A stretch of 64,000 bases of DNA from Phallusia mammillata. Lineage: Eukaryota. Below, one piece after another: positions 34,977-49,300 of this stretch. The first letter of the stretch is position 1, and each line of letters begins with the position of its first letter. The stretch lies in contig OZ281499.1 of NCBI GenBank assembly GCA_965637545.1, forward strand, positions 1,240,001-1,304,000, given 5' to 3'. Made by a program: the position numbers and the translations under genes. The notes beneath the pieces were generated by a model. That model saw only the letters and a list, made by a program, of their open reading frames with translations, was not told the DNA's origin and searched no databases.

Positions 34977-37900
34977 TCAATGCACGTTGTCTGGCCTTGT
35001 AGTAACCTTTCTGCCAATTAAAGCCATGAATTCAAATGTAGTAACCTTTCTGCCCCAAAACAAAACATGAATTCAAACATAGATAACGAAATAGCTTCAC
35101 ATATTTTCTTAACTTTTCATTCATGAGTTAGATTAGTTTCTGGGTCTGGCAAATTCTTTTTTTGTAAAATACAATAATTTAGGTGGAAGTACTTCTTTAA
35201 CTTATTGCAACAACTTTAAACTTCTAATTTGGAAGCTGTGTAAATTAGTTTTTCTATGATTATGCCGTACACGAACATACACGGATTAAGTTGTACCAAG
35301 TTTAGGTTGTTTGAAATTCGGTTAAGTTATTGTGTGGCCTTCCGGTAGAAACGGATAGAACGGATACGAGATTCGCTTGATACGCATTACGCCTCGATGT
35401 CAATCTATCTCTGCGTTGTGGGATCTTGCCCTTGTGCAAATACCAGGATAGAAATAGGAATAGGGGAAGCCTGAGTGTGGAGCTGCCGTTGTTGATACTA
35501 GCACTGTAAAACACGCGATTCCCTAGTCGTCCATTAATTTGTTATCAGTAGCGCACGTATTTGCCTCTGTCGTGTATATTTTGAAAGGACCAGGAGCTAA
35601 TGGGCGCAGTTGAGCCCAGCTTGGTCTGTGTGTCGACTAATACCATGATCCGTGGTGTAAAGTTACCTACCTAGCTCTCTCCGTCCGTCTCGCATGAATC
35701 ACCGCAAAATTTACAGTCTCTCTCTATTCGCGACCAAAGCTTCGGTTTCCGTGCTAAGCGGGCTTGGAGCTGGACACAGTTAGCTGATAAATTTCTTGAA
35801 TCCAATCAGAGTTCCACACTGGTTAAATCACTTTAGTGGGTTTTGGTTACTGAATAGTATTTCGTTGTTTTTGAAAATACAGGAGGCTGCGTATGTTTAA
35901 CCGAATTATATAGATTTGCCTTGTATTGTATATTGGATGGTTTTTATCTAATTGTATCGTTCTATTAAACAAACCAAAGTCGCAAATTTCACAATGAATT
36001 AAAGTAGGCGTTAAAAAAGCGTTGTTTTCAAGCTGTCAGTTTTAATGGAACGCAGTGTGTCGTCATAATTGCGCGAATAATTGTTCGCAAACAAACCGGT
36101 GTCGCGGCGATTTTACAGCTGGCAGCAGTTTTGTCGCCCTTATGTCGTAGACAATCACCTTCCATTGCCGCTGCTGTTACATCACAAAGAATAGCGCGCG
36201 TCGTGCCATCCCCTTGCTAGACACCGGCTCTCTAATTTAATTAAACTGCGGCCGATCCCAGGGGCCTCGCAATCTGGCGTCGCTGCTTGGACGAAATCCC
36301 TAAACATTTCTGTATTAGCGGCCGCGTTCGGGTTTTTGGGAGGAAACGCTCTCTCTGCTTGTAATCCGATTGACGAATCGCGCTGCGAACAATTGCCCTG
36401 ATGCCTTTAATCGATGGCCATTTGCAAGTTTGAAAAGCTTCGTGCAATTTCGCAGTCTGTCTCGTCTGTCGCTGCTTTGATTGAGGGTTTGACCTCAACA
36501 TGTTTTCAGGATGTCCTAATAAACCTAATGCATTTCTTATAGGAGTATTCGATCGGTTTCTGAAGAAGCATTTGATTCTTTATTATCACTTACTGAAACA
36601 GTTTGACTCAGTGATCGTGGTCAATAACATGGCTACTGTTGAATAGGACAGACCATGGGAAAAGCATTTGTATTTACTCGATTTTTATGACAAAAATCTA
36701 TTGATAGTGTTTACACTTACAAACCGAAACGTTTTACCGAAATAAAGCACGTTGTTTGCTAGGATAATCTCAAAGTGTGTTAGCCAATAGTTGTTAGTTT
36801 TTATTTACCAAATTAAGTTCGCTAAATTAGAGATAGCAAATTGAACCAAAGATGATAATTCCCAATTTTGAACATTTTTGTCTGATATGATTTTGTGTGG
36901 TAGCTGGGTCCCTTGCGACGTAGAGCGAAACCCAACAGAGTGCCTTCAATTTATGGGCCGTAATCCTAACTACGTCATGCGTATTGAGGCGTGAAAAATG
37001 CGGCCAAGCTGAGGGCTTGGTGAGGTGCTGATGTCTGCAAACCAATGGGCTGTGTTAACTGGCTCTGCTGAATCAAGTTAACTGTTTGTCTTCTAGGGTG
37101 ATAATACAAAATTCAATTAGAAATGAGCACTTTAAATTTGGTTTGTTCTAATAGATTCTAGTTAAAGTCTGTTTGTATTTTTGGGGAACGGTTCAAAGTT
37201 CAATTAAAACACAATACATTTTGATTGGTATTGATAATATAGGTGGCAGCCAAACAATATTTTGCATTCTTTCTGTTTTTGAGATATGCTTAAGTAGTTT
37301 TCGACCATTCATTAAATCCAGCAAAACAAATGGAGATTATTATTGCGTAAAACACTTAGTTAGAATGTGATCAAAAAACGTACAAGTGCATTGATCTTGG
37401 TGCCTAATATGTCACACACTTCTTTAACGTCTCTGGTATTGTAACAAACACAAATGAAATAGCTGGGAAAATGTTTTAAGCATGACAAGAGTTTGTGGTT
37501 AGATGCGTGGCATATAAAGGCCATGAAATGAAATCACATTTAAAAGATTACGAAGCAGTACAAAACCACATCAAACTTTTAAGGTGGCGCTCTTTAAGCT
37601 CACGCCATGTTTTTACGCTCCAGTGTAAGCGTTTTGCATAGCCCTGGGCGACGCGCATCTCGATAAGGTGCAACGGCTTAGCTGCTGAGAAGAGCTGTCA
37701 GTGGAATCGAAAACCCACTTGATTCCACCAGCGTAACCCGGCAATTATTTCAGCTTCTCAATCACACACACATCGCGTTGCTAAAACTTTTCCTTTATTT
37801 TACGACGGCCAATAAAAACTTCCGCGATTATTTGATCACAAACGCGAATTGATATTCCGCTCCAATAACTACGTCACAATGACGATTTACGGCGATAACG

Positions 37901-40900
37901 TCACAAACAACTTCTCGCGTCGCGCAATCGGGGAGTGAAAGCGGTAATAGTGCAATAATTGCCGAACAATGCGACGAAGAGATTTAATAATTACCCAGTT
38001 GCGAGTTGGTTGTGTGAGAAGAGCTCGCCTTGGGCGGTCAATTTGTAGCAAGTTTCTGGGATGGGCGGCGATTCAATTTGTCCCGCACATTTTAACTATT
38101 TCGATTCCCTTTATTCCCATTGGGGCCGCTTTTATGGCGTTACAAAGTTCTGAGAATGGAAAATAAACTTTACAAGTGTATGAATTTAGAAAGCACAAAT
38201 CAATAACACTTAGTCCAAAAGTTTTCTTAACTAGTTGTGTGAACAATACAAAGGGAAAGTGATTTTAGATGTCTGTTCAGATACTTTAATGTACCATGTT
38301 ATTGCTTGACACAAAAAGTTAATTTGTATGTGACATATTGCACAAATTTTTGCATTGTTAAACAGCACAAACCAAATACTTTTTTATGGGTTTGCCCCAA
38401 AAGTTTGCAAATGTGCATTATGTGTTCTTGACACGAGGTATGACATTTATGTTATTAAATCTATGTCATGTTGTACAGTTTTTTGGCGAAACAACCGAAA
38501 TGTCAGTTTTGTTATCTTGGCATAAAAAAGCCACGCTCAGGTTTCGCGACTTGCTGACCTATTGATTAACTTGTCCTTCACAATGCCTGGAATCATGTTA
38601 CACAGCCACCCCATCTACCCCTGAAGTGGCCTTCCAACGTAAGGGACGTTTCTCCTTAAATCCAGGCTTTTGTTGATGTTTTAATTAAAGTTTACAGTGA
38701 AACGCTCGAATAAAGTTGGTAACCAATCCTTCTGATCCTTTTTGTGCGTTTCAACAACTCTTGCATTCTCAAGTACGACCGTTTGTGTTTTTACTTAAAA
38801 GTGGGTATTGTCGATTGTTTGAACTTCAAACCCCATTGTTTTAATCGAATCCTTCGATTGTACGGTGTGCTTGTTGCTGATAGGCCGTAAAATTGCTCCA
38901 ACGGTTGGTGGAAATATTTACGGACTAAGGGTTGTTTAGTTACGGTGTGAAAATGAAATTTTGTTGGCTGGTTGGCAGTTTTAGTGGTAGCTTGTAGATT
39001 GTCTGATTCATTTAGTCTGGAGGAGCTTTTTCCTGCCCCCTAACTAGCTGGTATTTGGTTTCTGTTTGGGGCCAAAACTACTAGTGAATCATCTGACTTA
39101 GTTGTTACCCATTAAAACCGTTTTGAAATCTGTTTTAATAAAATCTGACTGGACCAGGGTGTTTTATAAAGTGTAACTCGAAAATTGTCATTTCTGGACA
39201 ATTAAGATGAACACAAATTCATAACGGGGATCAGCCCTGAAGTGCCTGTGCCTGTGCAGACCAGCGATCACGGCACACTCGTGACAATAAGAGTTTGCAG
39301 GTTCCAAAAAATGTGCAAAAACCCTGTTAAAGTGAACTATAATATGCGGTAACCTGTGATTCAGTTTGTAAGATAGGAACGTCAACCAGTTTGAGACTGT
39401 TTATCACTTAGATGTTGAAAGTGCCAGCAAATCTAAATGATTCCATACCAATTTATTTTGTGTTGTTTGGCGTTTTTCTAGTTGTTAAGATGTATGATTA
39501 AACTAACGCCTCAGCAATTACACCCAGATTTAGCTTTAGAACTCAAACTGTGTTTTTCTCTACCAGCAATGATTCATTCAAATCTCAGTTTAAATTAATT
39601 TCATCGAATTAAAACTAATCCGCCCTAGTTTCCTTTGTAAAAATCCGTCCTGCTTTTTGTCTCCTAATCAAACGCGGTAAATTGACACCACCGATACAGG
39701 AACCATCCCTTGTCCACGTGTCTACATCTATTGTGCCTGTGTTATAACATATGCCGGCCCGTGTAGCCTTTTGTCTGAAACCACCACCAGCCCTTACAAG
39801 TTGTAACACCATGTCGAGTGACTTGTTATCTTTGCAACCGCGTGTAATTCATGACCCTTCACCCCGGGTTTGAAACACTATTGACTTCGCAAATGTGGCA
39901 CGACTGAGGCGATATTGTGTTCAAACAACCCAACTTTGGACTTCATGTTAATTTTCCTTACGGTCTGCAGCATTAGACAAGTTTTTAAGGTCGCATTCCT
40001 CAACCTTCAACAAAATTACTTGCTGAATTAAAATCCTATTTAGAAAAAACAAAATAGTTGAAAATGTTTTTCGAAAACCGTTTACACACTTCTGTGCATT
40101 CGGGGTTGTGAAACACTGTATTAAGGAATCATAATGGCCAAGAAAACTAAAAAATGATGTTTTTTTTTTATTTCTTTTCTCCATTCTCTGTTAACGAGCG
40201 CTTGGAGTTTATCAGTTTTTCGAATCTAAAAGCGTCACTAAATTATTGGTTCTGTGCAGAAGCCTGCTCCTAAACTTTCGGGTGATTGTCGTTTTTCGAT
40301 TCATTCCTTGATTGAAACCATTCTACTTGGGAACAAACTTCACTCGGTCTTATCGCGTTTCCATTGTGACGTCACAACGCCTTTTGCGCTAACCCGATAT
40401 CGGTCGGATAGACGATAATTTGTGTTTTGCTCCTGGGTCGCATCTGTACCACTTGTGTCCAGGAAGTTGAAATTTAAAGCTTTAATCGGATGCGAAACTC
40501 TTGTGTGGCTTGTCTGAGTTTTTTGTGGAATTTTTCTAAAACCTGAGAGGAACTTTTACGTATGCTACACTTTTGCATAGAGTATGGATGACTTGTTTTG
40601 AACGCACGTGCCCAGAAGAGACCAAGTAGGTGATTTCCATCGAGAAATAGAAAAGTGTTTTGTAAACATAAAACGCAACAACATCAAACAAGGTTCAACC
40701 TACATGATTACGTCCGAATAAAATAGATTTCAAACGAAATTCGGCCACGTGGCTTTGGATGACAAATGTTTTTGACTTAGAAGGGCCGTTTTACTAATTC
40801 ACAGCGTTTCAATTGAATCCAGCCTTGAACGAAATTTTACCAGAACCCAAACGACCAATTTATTCAATAATCTCGTCGATACACGTGGACACCAATAGCG

Positions 40901-41470
40901 CTTTAAACCCAACCCTGGGAGGAGCATAGCTGCCGGTGTTAGGAAGAGGTTGTCAAGTATTGTTTATTTAGCCCGTAGTGCTTAAACCTGAAGAGGTCAC
41001 AATCAATACCCCTCACCCCGGCTAAATCCGCCCCATTTAGCTGGGTTTGAGTGGGATACGGGGACTCATAACGCTTTGTGTTTTCCTTGCATCGAGTGGC
41101 CTGAAAGAGACGAGCATTGTGCTGACTCGATCATGTTTATATTATCGACATCACCGCTTACATTCTTCCAAGGGAGAAGGACACTTGAAATATGGTCACG
41201 TGGTTTGCATGTAACCTACACAATATGCGGTCGGTTTTTACAAGTAGTTGCAACTTTTTAAACTTGGACACTTTATGTTAACGTTGTGTCGATTTGTTTA
41301 TGCCACAAAGACCGTTGTGGTTTAGTTACTGTGGTTGTTCAGTCATCTCATCATGAGCATGGTCTTCTCCTTTTTTTGGTATCGTTTCCATTATTGTTTG
41401 AGCCCCTCTATATTAAATGAAAGAACGGCAATTTCTTTCATTCCCCTCGTTCCAGTCATAAATTGAAAAT

Positions 41471-41579
41471 AAATAGCAACAGAAACATAAAATCTATGTA
41501 ATTATTGCTCTGTTTAAAAAATATAAATTAATAGCATCAGAAACATAAAATCTATGTAATTATTGCTCTGTTTAAAAAA
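41471..41579. repeat. Recent ~59-bp tandem duplication
   Basis: AATAGCA.CAGAAACATAAAATCTATGTAATTATTGCTCTGTTTAAAAAA occurs twice, almost identical. Confidence 0.9.
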
Positions 41580-42592
41580 ATTTCTTAGTTATTCCAATTC
41601 TTTTGTCTCCAATTTAGGTATTTTATCTATGACTTTAAATCAACATTCACCTGTTACTTACGACTTAGCGGGACCGCTTTCTTGCTGTGTGGCTTGTTTT
41701 CCTGCAAACTGTGACCTTTACCCCAAATAGCCTTGCAGTTCCAGCAGGTTTGCCATGCTTGAACCCCCTGCAAAGTTTGCGACTGTCACTGACATTAGAA
41801 TCTTGTTAAAATTCTTTCGAATTGTGCAAGTGTATTTGCTTTTGCATGTTGCGGAACGCCTGCAGTGTGGCCGTGTAATTTGTCGGCTAAGTTCTTCTGT
41901 CAGCCTACTTTGTGTTGGCAATGTTGCGATTTGCTTCGTTTCAAATAGTTTACATTCTAGTGAAATATATTGACACCAAATTAACAGCCCAGCTTACCAA
42001 TCGGAATTTTGTGGAGATTTTTTCTAACACATCTTGTTGGTTGTTCGGACTTTTTCATCTAAACATAAATATGCCGGTTTTAGTTGTTTTCATATAAACC
42101 CAAAATTACGTTTAGTCTATGTTCGTTTTCGAACAGATACAAGTTGTAAATTCACCACAAATGTTTTAATTTGACGGTTCTTATTTATTGCATTAAAACA
42201 AAACACTTATCACAAAATATGGAATTGAGTTGATATTTATAATGAACCAACCTTCCAACTACAGTTTAAACCTTCCACCATTTTTCGCCATCAAGCCGAA
42301 AAAAATCATCAAAATTCGAGAAGCACACACGGGCGAACTGCCACCGTCACGCCTCAATGACATAGCGCCTGATCGATTCTCGACGGTGCGCGACCAGATT
42401 ATGACGTCACAATGTCGCCTAGCGTGACCAGTCGCGATGGTCGCTTGTTGTTGTACAGACAGTAGAAGGGTCAGCCATTGTTATGCAACTGGCCAAATAT
42501 TTACTGTACGAGTTTTTTTTGTAGTTAACTTCAAGACCTGGTGTAGCTCACGGTCTTGTATTGTCCACAGTTTCGGCGCAGTGGTCTACAAG

Positions 42593-42775
42593 CAGTGGTG
42601 GGATTCAAATTTTTGTCAGCCGGTCGTATCACAAAAGTCAAATTTTTCAGTCGGTTTTGTTACAAAAAGTCCATTGACAGTAACCAGTAATGCTAACCGG
42701 TTCGCTGATCTCTTCTCTTAAATTTTGTGAGACGGTTCTATAGAACCGGTGCAAACCGGCTGAATCCCACCACTG
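42593..42775. mobile_element. hAT MITE (CAGTGGTGGGATTC family)
   Basis: TIRs CAGTGGTGGGATTC / GAATCCCACCACTG; body nearly identical to the 6565 copy. Confidence 0.9.
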
Positions 42776-43004
42776 CCTAAGAGTATTCTTGGCGGTGACT
42801 GGCTGCTTGCGAGGAATTTCACGCCTTGGTGCGAAAGCTGAATATTAGTTGATTCATCGTAATTATTGCACATACCAAAAGTGCATCTGGGTTTGCTGGT
42901 GTCAAAGTCCGAAGAAGGAGTCGTTACTGTCATAGTTTACATCAAAAAACTTAACTAAAGTTTTGCAACCATGTTTTAATAGCTACAGCTTCAATGGTTT
43001 GAAC

Positions 43005-43249
43005 GAGTGGTTTCAAACCTTTTTTGACTAATTCCTTCCTTAACAATTTAAAACATTTCCATTCCTCCCTAATATTAGTATATTACATAGTAGATGCTAA
43101 ACCGCACAAAGATCATTTAAAATTGGGTCTTTTATCAACATCACAGGTTATATTCTCAGCGCTAAAGTCTCTGTTTACAAACCACATGTAAAAATAGATT
43201 AAATCCCTTCCCTCAAGTTCCAAAATTCGTCCCCGGTTGGGAATCACTG
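43005..43249. mobile_element. Old hAT-type MITE
   Basis: Degenerate TIRs GAGTGGTTTCAAACC / GGTTGGGAATCACTG; flanks GTTTGAAC / ATTTAAAC look like a decayed 8-bp TSD. Confidence 0.55.
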
Positions 43250-43310
43250 ATTTAAACAGATTAAATGACATTTGTTTTTAAAATAATAAGTTCGATTGTT
43301 TTATTTGCAG

Positions 43311-46300
43311 TATCTTCATGCAACGCAGTACTGGAGGCCTCATCGGGTACTTTTACGTCGCCAAATTATCCCGAACCGCCACCGACTCCTTCAAAGTCCC
43401 GAATAAACTCTTCTACTTTTCCCGACAACGGAGGGTACATCACGTGCAAATGGGAGCTCCGTGTTCCGGCGGGAAAAGCGATTCAACTTAAGTTCGCAGA
43501 TTTCAATATGGACGCAAATTTAGACGAATGCGATAAAGGAGAAGTTGAAGTTTTCTCGGGGATGGGAAAATTCAAACAGAGCATCGGTAAGTTGTGGTAA
43601 TTTGTGAATTTGTGTGGATTCAGGGTTGGCCTAAAAGTTGCTGAAATCTTGTTTTATTACAAAGTACGAAAAGTAGAGTGTATTATCGGAAAATCATTGA
43701 AAAATCTTTTGAACCCATGTCGTGTCTAAAAGGATTGAGAATTTGACAAATTTTCCCCTAGATTTGACAAATTTGTGTCTTATATATTTAATTAAAGAGT
43801 AAAGCCATTAAACGCTCCAGATGCTTTGCTATGTGGCGGGAAAAAGGTAAAGCACTACAAGTTTGTGAAAACTGCAATGAACAAAAATCGACAAACATAA
43901 TATTTGACCACAGTTAGAATGATCAATGTTCCGTCTTCATGTGAACTTTGAGCTTACAAAAATATCGTTTGTGGCTTATAAGAAGTTTTAAACATTTGAA
44001 CCAAAAGGAAATGTTTTACTGTATTGTCGAGGATTGTAGTAGGATTTAATTTTATCCTTAGCGCCAGCGTGACTAGTTTTGTGTTTGTTTTGATTAGAAT
44101 TAGCTTCGATCATCTCATGGTTGCGTTTATTTGTGTTCTGACGAATAATTGGCGCCTTTTTCGTGTTTTCAAGCAAATCTTGGGCTTGCGTAACTTCCAA
44201 GGAAACTAATACCGCCGTAGATTCGTTTTCATGTGGTGTGTTCCTATCTTGTGGTTTGAAGTAGATTGGTAAATTGCTAATATGCTAGAAGTATTATACG
44301 TTAGGTAAAGTTCGGTACCACATATGCAATGTTTCTTTGTTTAGTAAATGCAAAGGCTCATTTTTTACAACGCAATTTGGTACAACCGTTTTTAACACTA
44401 AGACTTTTCGAGTCTAAATTTTTGAAACACCAATTACTACTTCCTATAACATACTGAAATCGTTCTATTTCAACTATGTTTCATTCTGATGTCACTATTT
44501 TCAATTACTACGCGACAAACGGCCATTATTCCATCTCTCACTTGTGGAACATCTTTGACAAATCCATTTGCATCGCATCTTAGGGCTCGCATGTTTTATT
44601 TATTACTCCCAGCGGACTTGCGGTCTCCATGCGGGCAGATGCAATTACACGCGACATCAATCAATAACAATTAATGCTTTCTTCTGAAACAATTCAATCG
44701 ACAGGAGACCGTTAATGTTCCCGACATTCCAAATGGGAATACTTCGTTTGAAAAAAAAGTTACGAATCATTTTGTTATTCTAATCAATCGAGTTCTTAGT
44801 TAACTTTCAAATAGATGCACTGTAAGTCTGTAACATACTCTATTCGATTACTAGAATAGGTCTGTTTGGAGTTTGTTGTAATAAATGTTCTGGGTATAAT
44901 GAAAAATCATTATTTAAGCAGTAAATGAGCAAAGTTATTATTTTGGCCTGTTACTTAAAACAAAAGTTAGTTGACATTCCCATTAGATTTGAAACAAAAA
45001 CCGAAGAACTGGCAACTTAGCGAGTACTTCTGTTTTTGTTGTTGTAGTTTTCCCTCTTAATACCTGTGGCTGTAATTTTAATGATCGACTAAAATACTAC
45101 AATCTTATAGTAACAGAGACTTAAAAATAAGGAAAAGGGTCTTAGGTTGTGCATTGAATTTTCTGTGACCGAGAATGCTTTCCATAAAACACTCAAAATT
45201 TCAATCGAAGTTAAACTTTTCGACTGAAGTGTAGAAGCACCCCTTCGCGTGTTATTTACCCTGGTGGGCGTTAAGAGTAAGCGTGGGCGTTTTGATTGAC
45301 AGCTCGCTCAGGTGCGTATCATGAGTCACGTGATTCGCCGTTTTTTGTGTTTGTCACGTAAAGTGTTAAGTCAAAATTGTGTAATATATGCCTTTATAGC
45401 TGTTGTGTTTTTGTTGGAAACTGCCTTAAACCAAATTCAAATTCAAGTAAAAATCATTTGGTTAAAAATTTGAAATTGTAACGTTGTAGGATTTGTACGT
45501 AATTGTTTGTGTTACTGGGTCGGTCGTATGATTTTCACGTCTCCAAAACTTACAAGTGTTGAATGAAATAGCAATAGCATGTAAATTATTTGGCATGAAA
45601 ATTTACAATTTGAAGTAATATCTCAGTGGAGAATTGTCTGCCAGAAATTACTTTATATTCATTGCGTTTGATTGGATTAACATTTAACATGTTAAAATAA
45701 GTCGGAAAATCCCCGCAAGAACACCTGCAAAAAACGTAATGTGTCAAGTTTTAGAATTGATTCACATCATGCACAGTACAAAGCACTTAACGACACGCAA
45801 ATTCCTTGCATCAAAAGACTCACATCGTAAGTAATCGCGCATGACAATTTGTCAGTCCGGTTAATTCTACTCCGAAATACGATTAAGTTCTTAATTCTCG
45901 ACTTAGATCATTTGCTCTCACACCAAACCGAACCACAATTCAAGTACTTCAACTCTCACTGAGGTTGCTTGATTATAGGTTGTCATTTGTTGCGTTCCAT
46001 CATTCCAGTGTGGCCGAATATTTGAACTATGTAGTTCTAACACGTAATGAATTTATACTTTCTACAACAACTCGAACAATTTTGTTTTGCGGTGTTATTA
46101 TTAAAGGTAACTAAAGTCCTGTTAAAATTCCAAACAAAAAACGCCAACATATTCACCCGGTAAACTTTTTAACTAAATAATAAAAAAAACATTGGTCGGT
46201 GATTTTCTTAAACCTTAATAAAAGGGGTTTTTTAGGTTAATTTTTTTCAGCTAAAGCAACATTATCACTGGAACATTTGATTGAAATTAATTAGTTAAGT

Positions 46301-49300
46301 CTTTATTTTTGACAAAAACTAAATTGAAAAAAAGTATCATACAAGATAAAAGCCCTGCAATAAAATCGGAAAAATTAAATGGAAATAATTTTGTTTTCAC
46401 CAAAATTGACTTCTTTATCCTTGTGTATCTATTATTAATAACTCCAGGTAAAGCTTATACAACCCAGGCCTCTCAAATTTCACGCCTGTTTAAATTCTGC
46501 GCTCCTCGAAAGGAGAATTATGAGATTATACGCTTTGAAGCAAGGGGGTGAAGGTTTATTTATTCTTTGCCCGCGTTTACTGATACCCGAGCATTCGTTT
46601 CTAAATGAACTATTTAAGGTCGGTTTATCTGCCATGAAACATTGAACAGACGCAACAGACTGCCTACGGCAATTTTTCCTGTCAGTCAATATTACATCGC
46701 GAAATGAAATTGTTTGACTGCATTTTTAATTAGATTTAGCCTAAAAGGTGATTGGAATGTAACCTTGACCATATGCCACCACTCCCGTTTTTAACCTTTA
46801 TGACCTTGTAATTAAATTTGAAAATGAAAATTTGAATTGACAAAAACAAAACCATGTCGATTGGAAAAAAATAAGTTTCAAAATTTTTGAAAATTAGCAA
46901 AATAAAGTTCTTTTTTGCATTGAAAGTATTTCGAATTTAAATAAGTTTTGAGTAACATCGTTAGGTTGACTGCATAAAACTACATAAAGCTTGTTATATA
47001 ACCCGATTTAAATCTTTAAAGTAAAACCATCTATAGCGCATTATTGTTTTTACATGATAAGAAAAATTTAGCCACCCAAGTTTCTTATATAACCCGATTT
47101 AATACAGAATGGTAAAATCTTGTATGGCGCATTATTGTTTCTGCATGATAAAAACTAACAGCCACCTACTTATTAAACCACCACTACAAAGCATTATATA
47201 CAAACCACATGCCACTACAAAGCATTACCAAGTCGAACAGGTGCACCTTATACATGTTTCATGCCGACCCACGCCGAACTAAAGTCTTCTTTATCTCCAA
47301 TAACATCTTAATTCATTTCTCGTGTTTTCGCCATATCTCGCTCCACGACCCGGTTTCATTCGTCTCATGTCGAAATATGAAGAAAGTTTATCTACCAGGC
47401 TTATGTCAGTCAGGTGGAGAAATCAATGCAGACTGTTCTGCCAAATAAACTTGAAACGAACTTTTACGTTTTGTGGAGTGTACTTCAAATTTTTATGATT
47501 TAAATGATTTTGCATTTAATTGGGAAAAAGTCGTTTATGGACGTTCTTATGACAAACAGTGTTCAATTTTTCATAAAAGCACACAAAAATTGAATACAAG
47601 TTGATTGCTTTAGTGTCAAAAACAGAAGCAGGAAGCCTTTTTGATCAGTGATTTGTTGTTTTGAAACCATTTTGTTTTTAGCCCGAAACTACATCGGATA
47701 TCGAAGTTTCCCAAATTGTTGTTTGTTTTCTGATTAACAAAGTATTTACGGCTCCTCTCAGTCTGCAGTGTGGTTAGCTGAGATGCAAGGAACGCGTGTT
47801 TCCTTGTAATTGCCAGACCGAATCGAAAATCATAATATATGAACCGGGGAGAAATGAATAACGTCATTCCTGAAAACAAAATTCCTCGTTTGCGGCCTGA
47901 AAAGAATTTGTAATGTGGTTTTCCAAGTCCACAAAATTCTACTTTTTTTACAAGTTTCCCCGGCCCCTTTACACATAATTCCCCTTAATAAATCCTATGG
48001 CAATGTGAAAAAAGTCATATCACGCAAAATTAAAACCAGATTTACTCCCCTGTCAAGTTTAATATACCCATTATTTGTTTTGTAAACCTGCGAAATTAAT
48101 AACAACTGGTATTAAGTTATTTTTTCAACAAATCCAATTTCTTAGCGTGTTGACTTTTCCTTCTGTCACTTTTCATAAAATCGCGTTTTCGCGTTCTATT
48201 TTCATTGTTCCCACACGCCGCGTGCGATCGACAAGAAAAAGCCTTAATACGGCGCCAGGGATAAAAGGCCGCGTTATCTCTTAATATCGGCGTTTCACTT
48301 TGATCTGGCATTTTCCCGTAAACATGTGTCAGGGCGGCTTTGCAGGATTACAAGACTTAACTTGAACCAGAAATAATCGCATCTGGTTCTGAACTGTGCC
48401 GAAGTTTGCATGGAAACTTTCCCACATTGTCTAAGAAAACTGCTTCTTACCAAAATCAACCAGTTCTTATTTTTGCATTTTAGAACGCTAACCTGCTCTG
48501 AAAATTAGATTGTTTAAAATAAAAATTGCGCGAGCGCAGTGAAAAGGCATGTTTTTTGCACTGTAACAAAAATTTGCTATTAAAATGTTTGTTGAAAACA
48601 AGTTAAAATGTTTACTAGACAAAGTTTGTTTTTCATCCAGCACTATTGGCAATATCAAGTCAAAGTTTGCAGAAGCTTTTTCTTGCTACAAGAGAGTTCT
48701 TGTAAATGATACTGAGTTGCACATTTGATTCCGAAACATTTTTTTAATGTTTTTGTTCGCTTTCGTTTAAAAAAATTAATTTTCTATCGCATGTTCTTAC
48801 ATTTCCCACCAGAAGTATTTAGTTGCTAAATTTACCTACAAACCTACGTGCGTGGCAGAAGATGACTAATCCAACCCCCTGAGCTATTGGGGCCTCTTCA
48901 GTGACCCCTAAACGTAAGAAGAAACCCCGGTGGTTTGGAAAACGGCTTTGGATTTTATGATTTCTGGTTCCCGAGACATTTGTCGACCTTTATGTGGGAT
49001 TAGAACGACCTAAAGTCGGGATTATTTCCTTCATTAGGTTTCGGGAAATCTAAGTTCATCCGAGCCTTAACATCAAAATGGCAAATCCCGTTTGAGATAG
49101 AGTTGCCAGCGCGCGCAGATTCTAGTTTCATAAACTGCCGTGCAATTTTGTAAGCTAACACGCGTGGAGTGAGGCTAGTGTGGCGTTTAAAAAGAAAGCG
49201 CAGCCCTTGTTGTTTTGATGGAATATAATTGGGCGGAAATAAGGTCCAATGAAAAATATAAAATACTAGAAAAGAAATTAAACTCTGAATAAACAAGTTT

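Noticed and set aside
29600-41400. Scattered 60-130 aa ORFs (e.g. 31974-32357, 33946-34218, 36241-36501, 39615-39812) and possible LINE endonuclease traces at 30560-31300
   Set aside because: I could not find convincing motifs or exon chains by eye; a BLASTx/RepeatMasker run would be needed.
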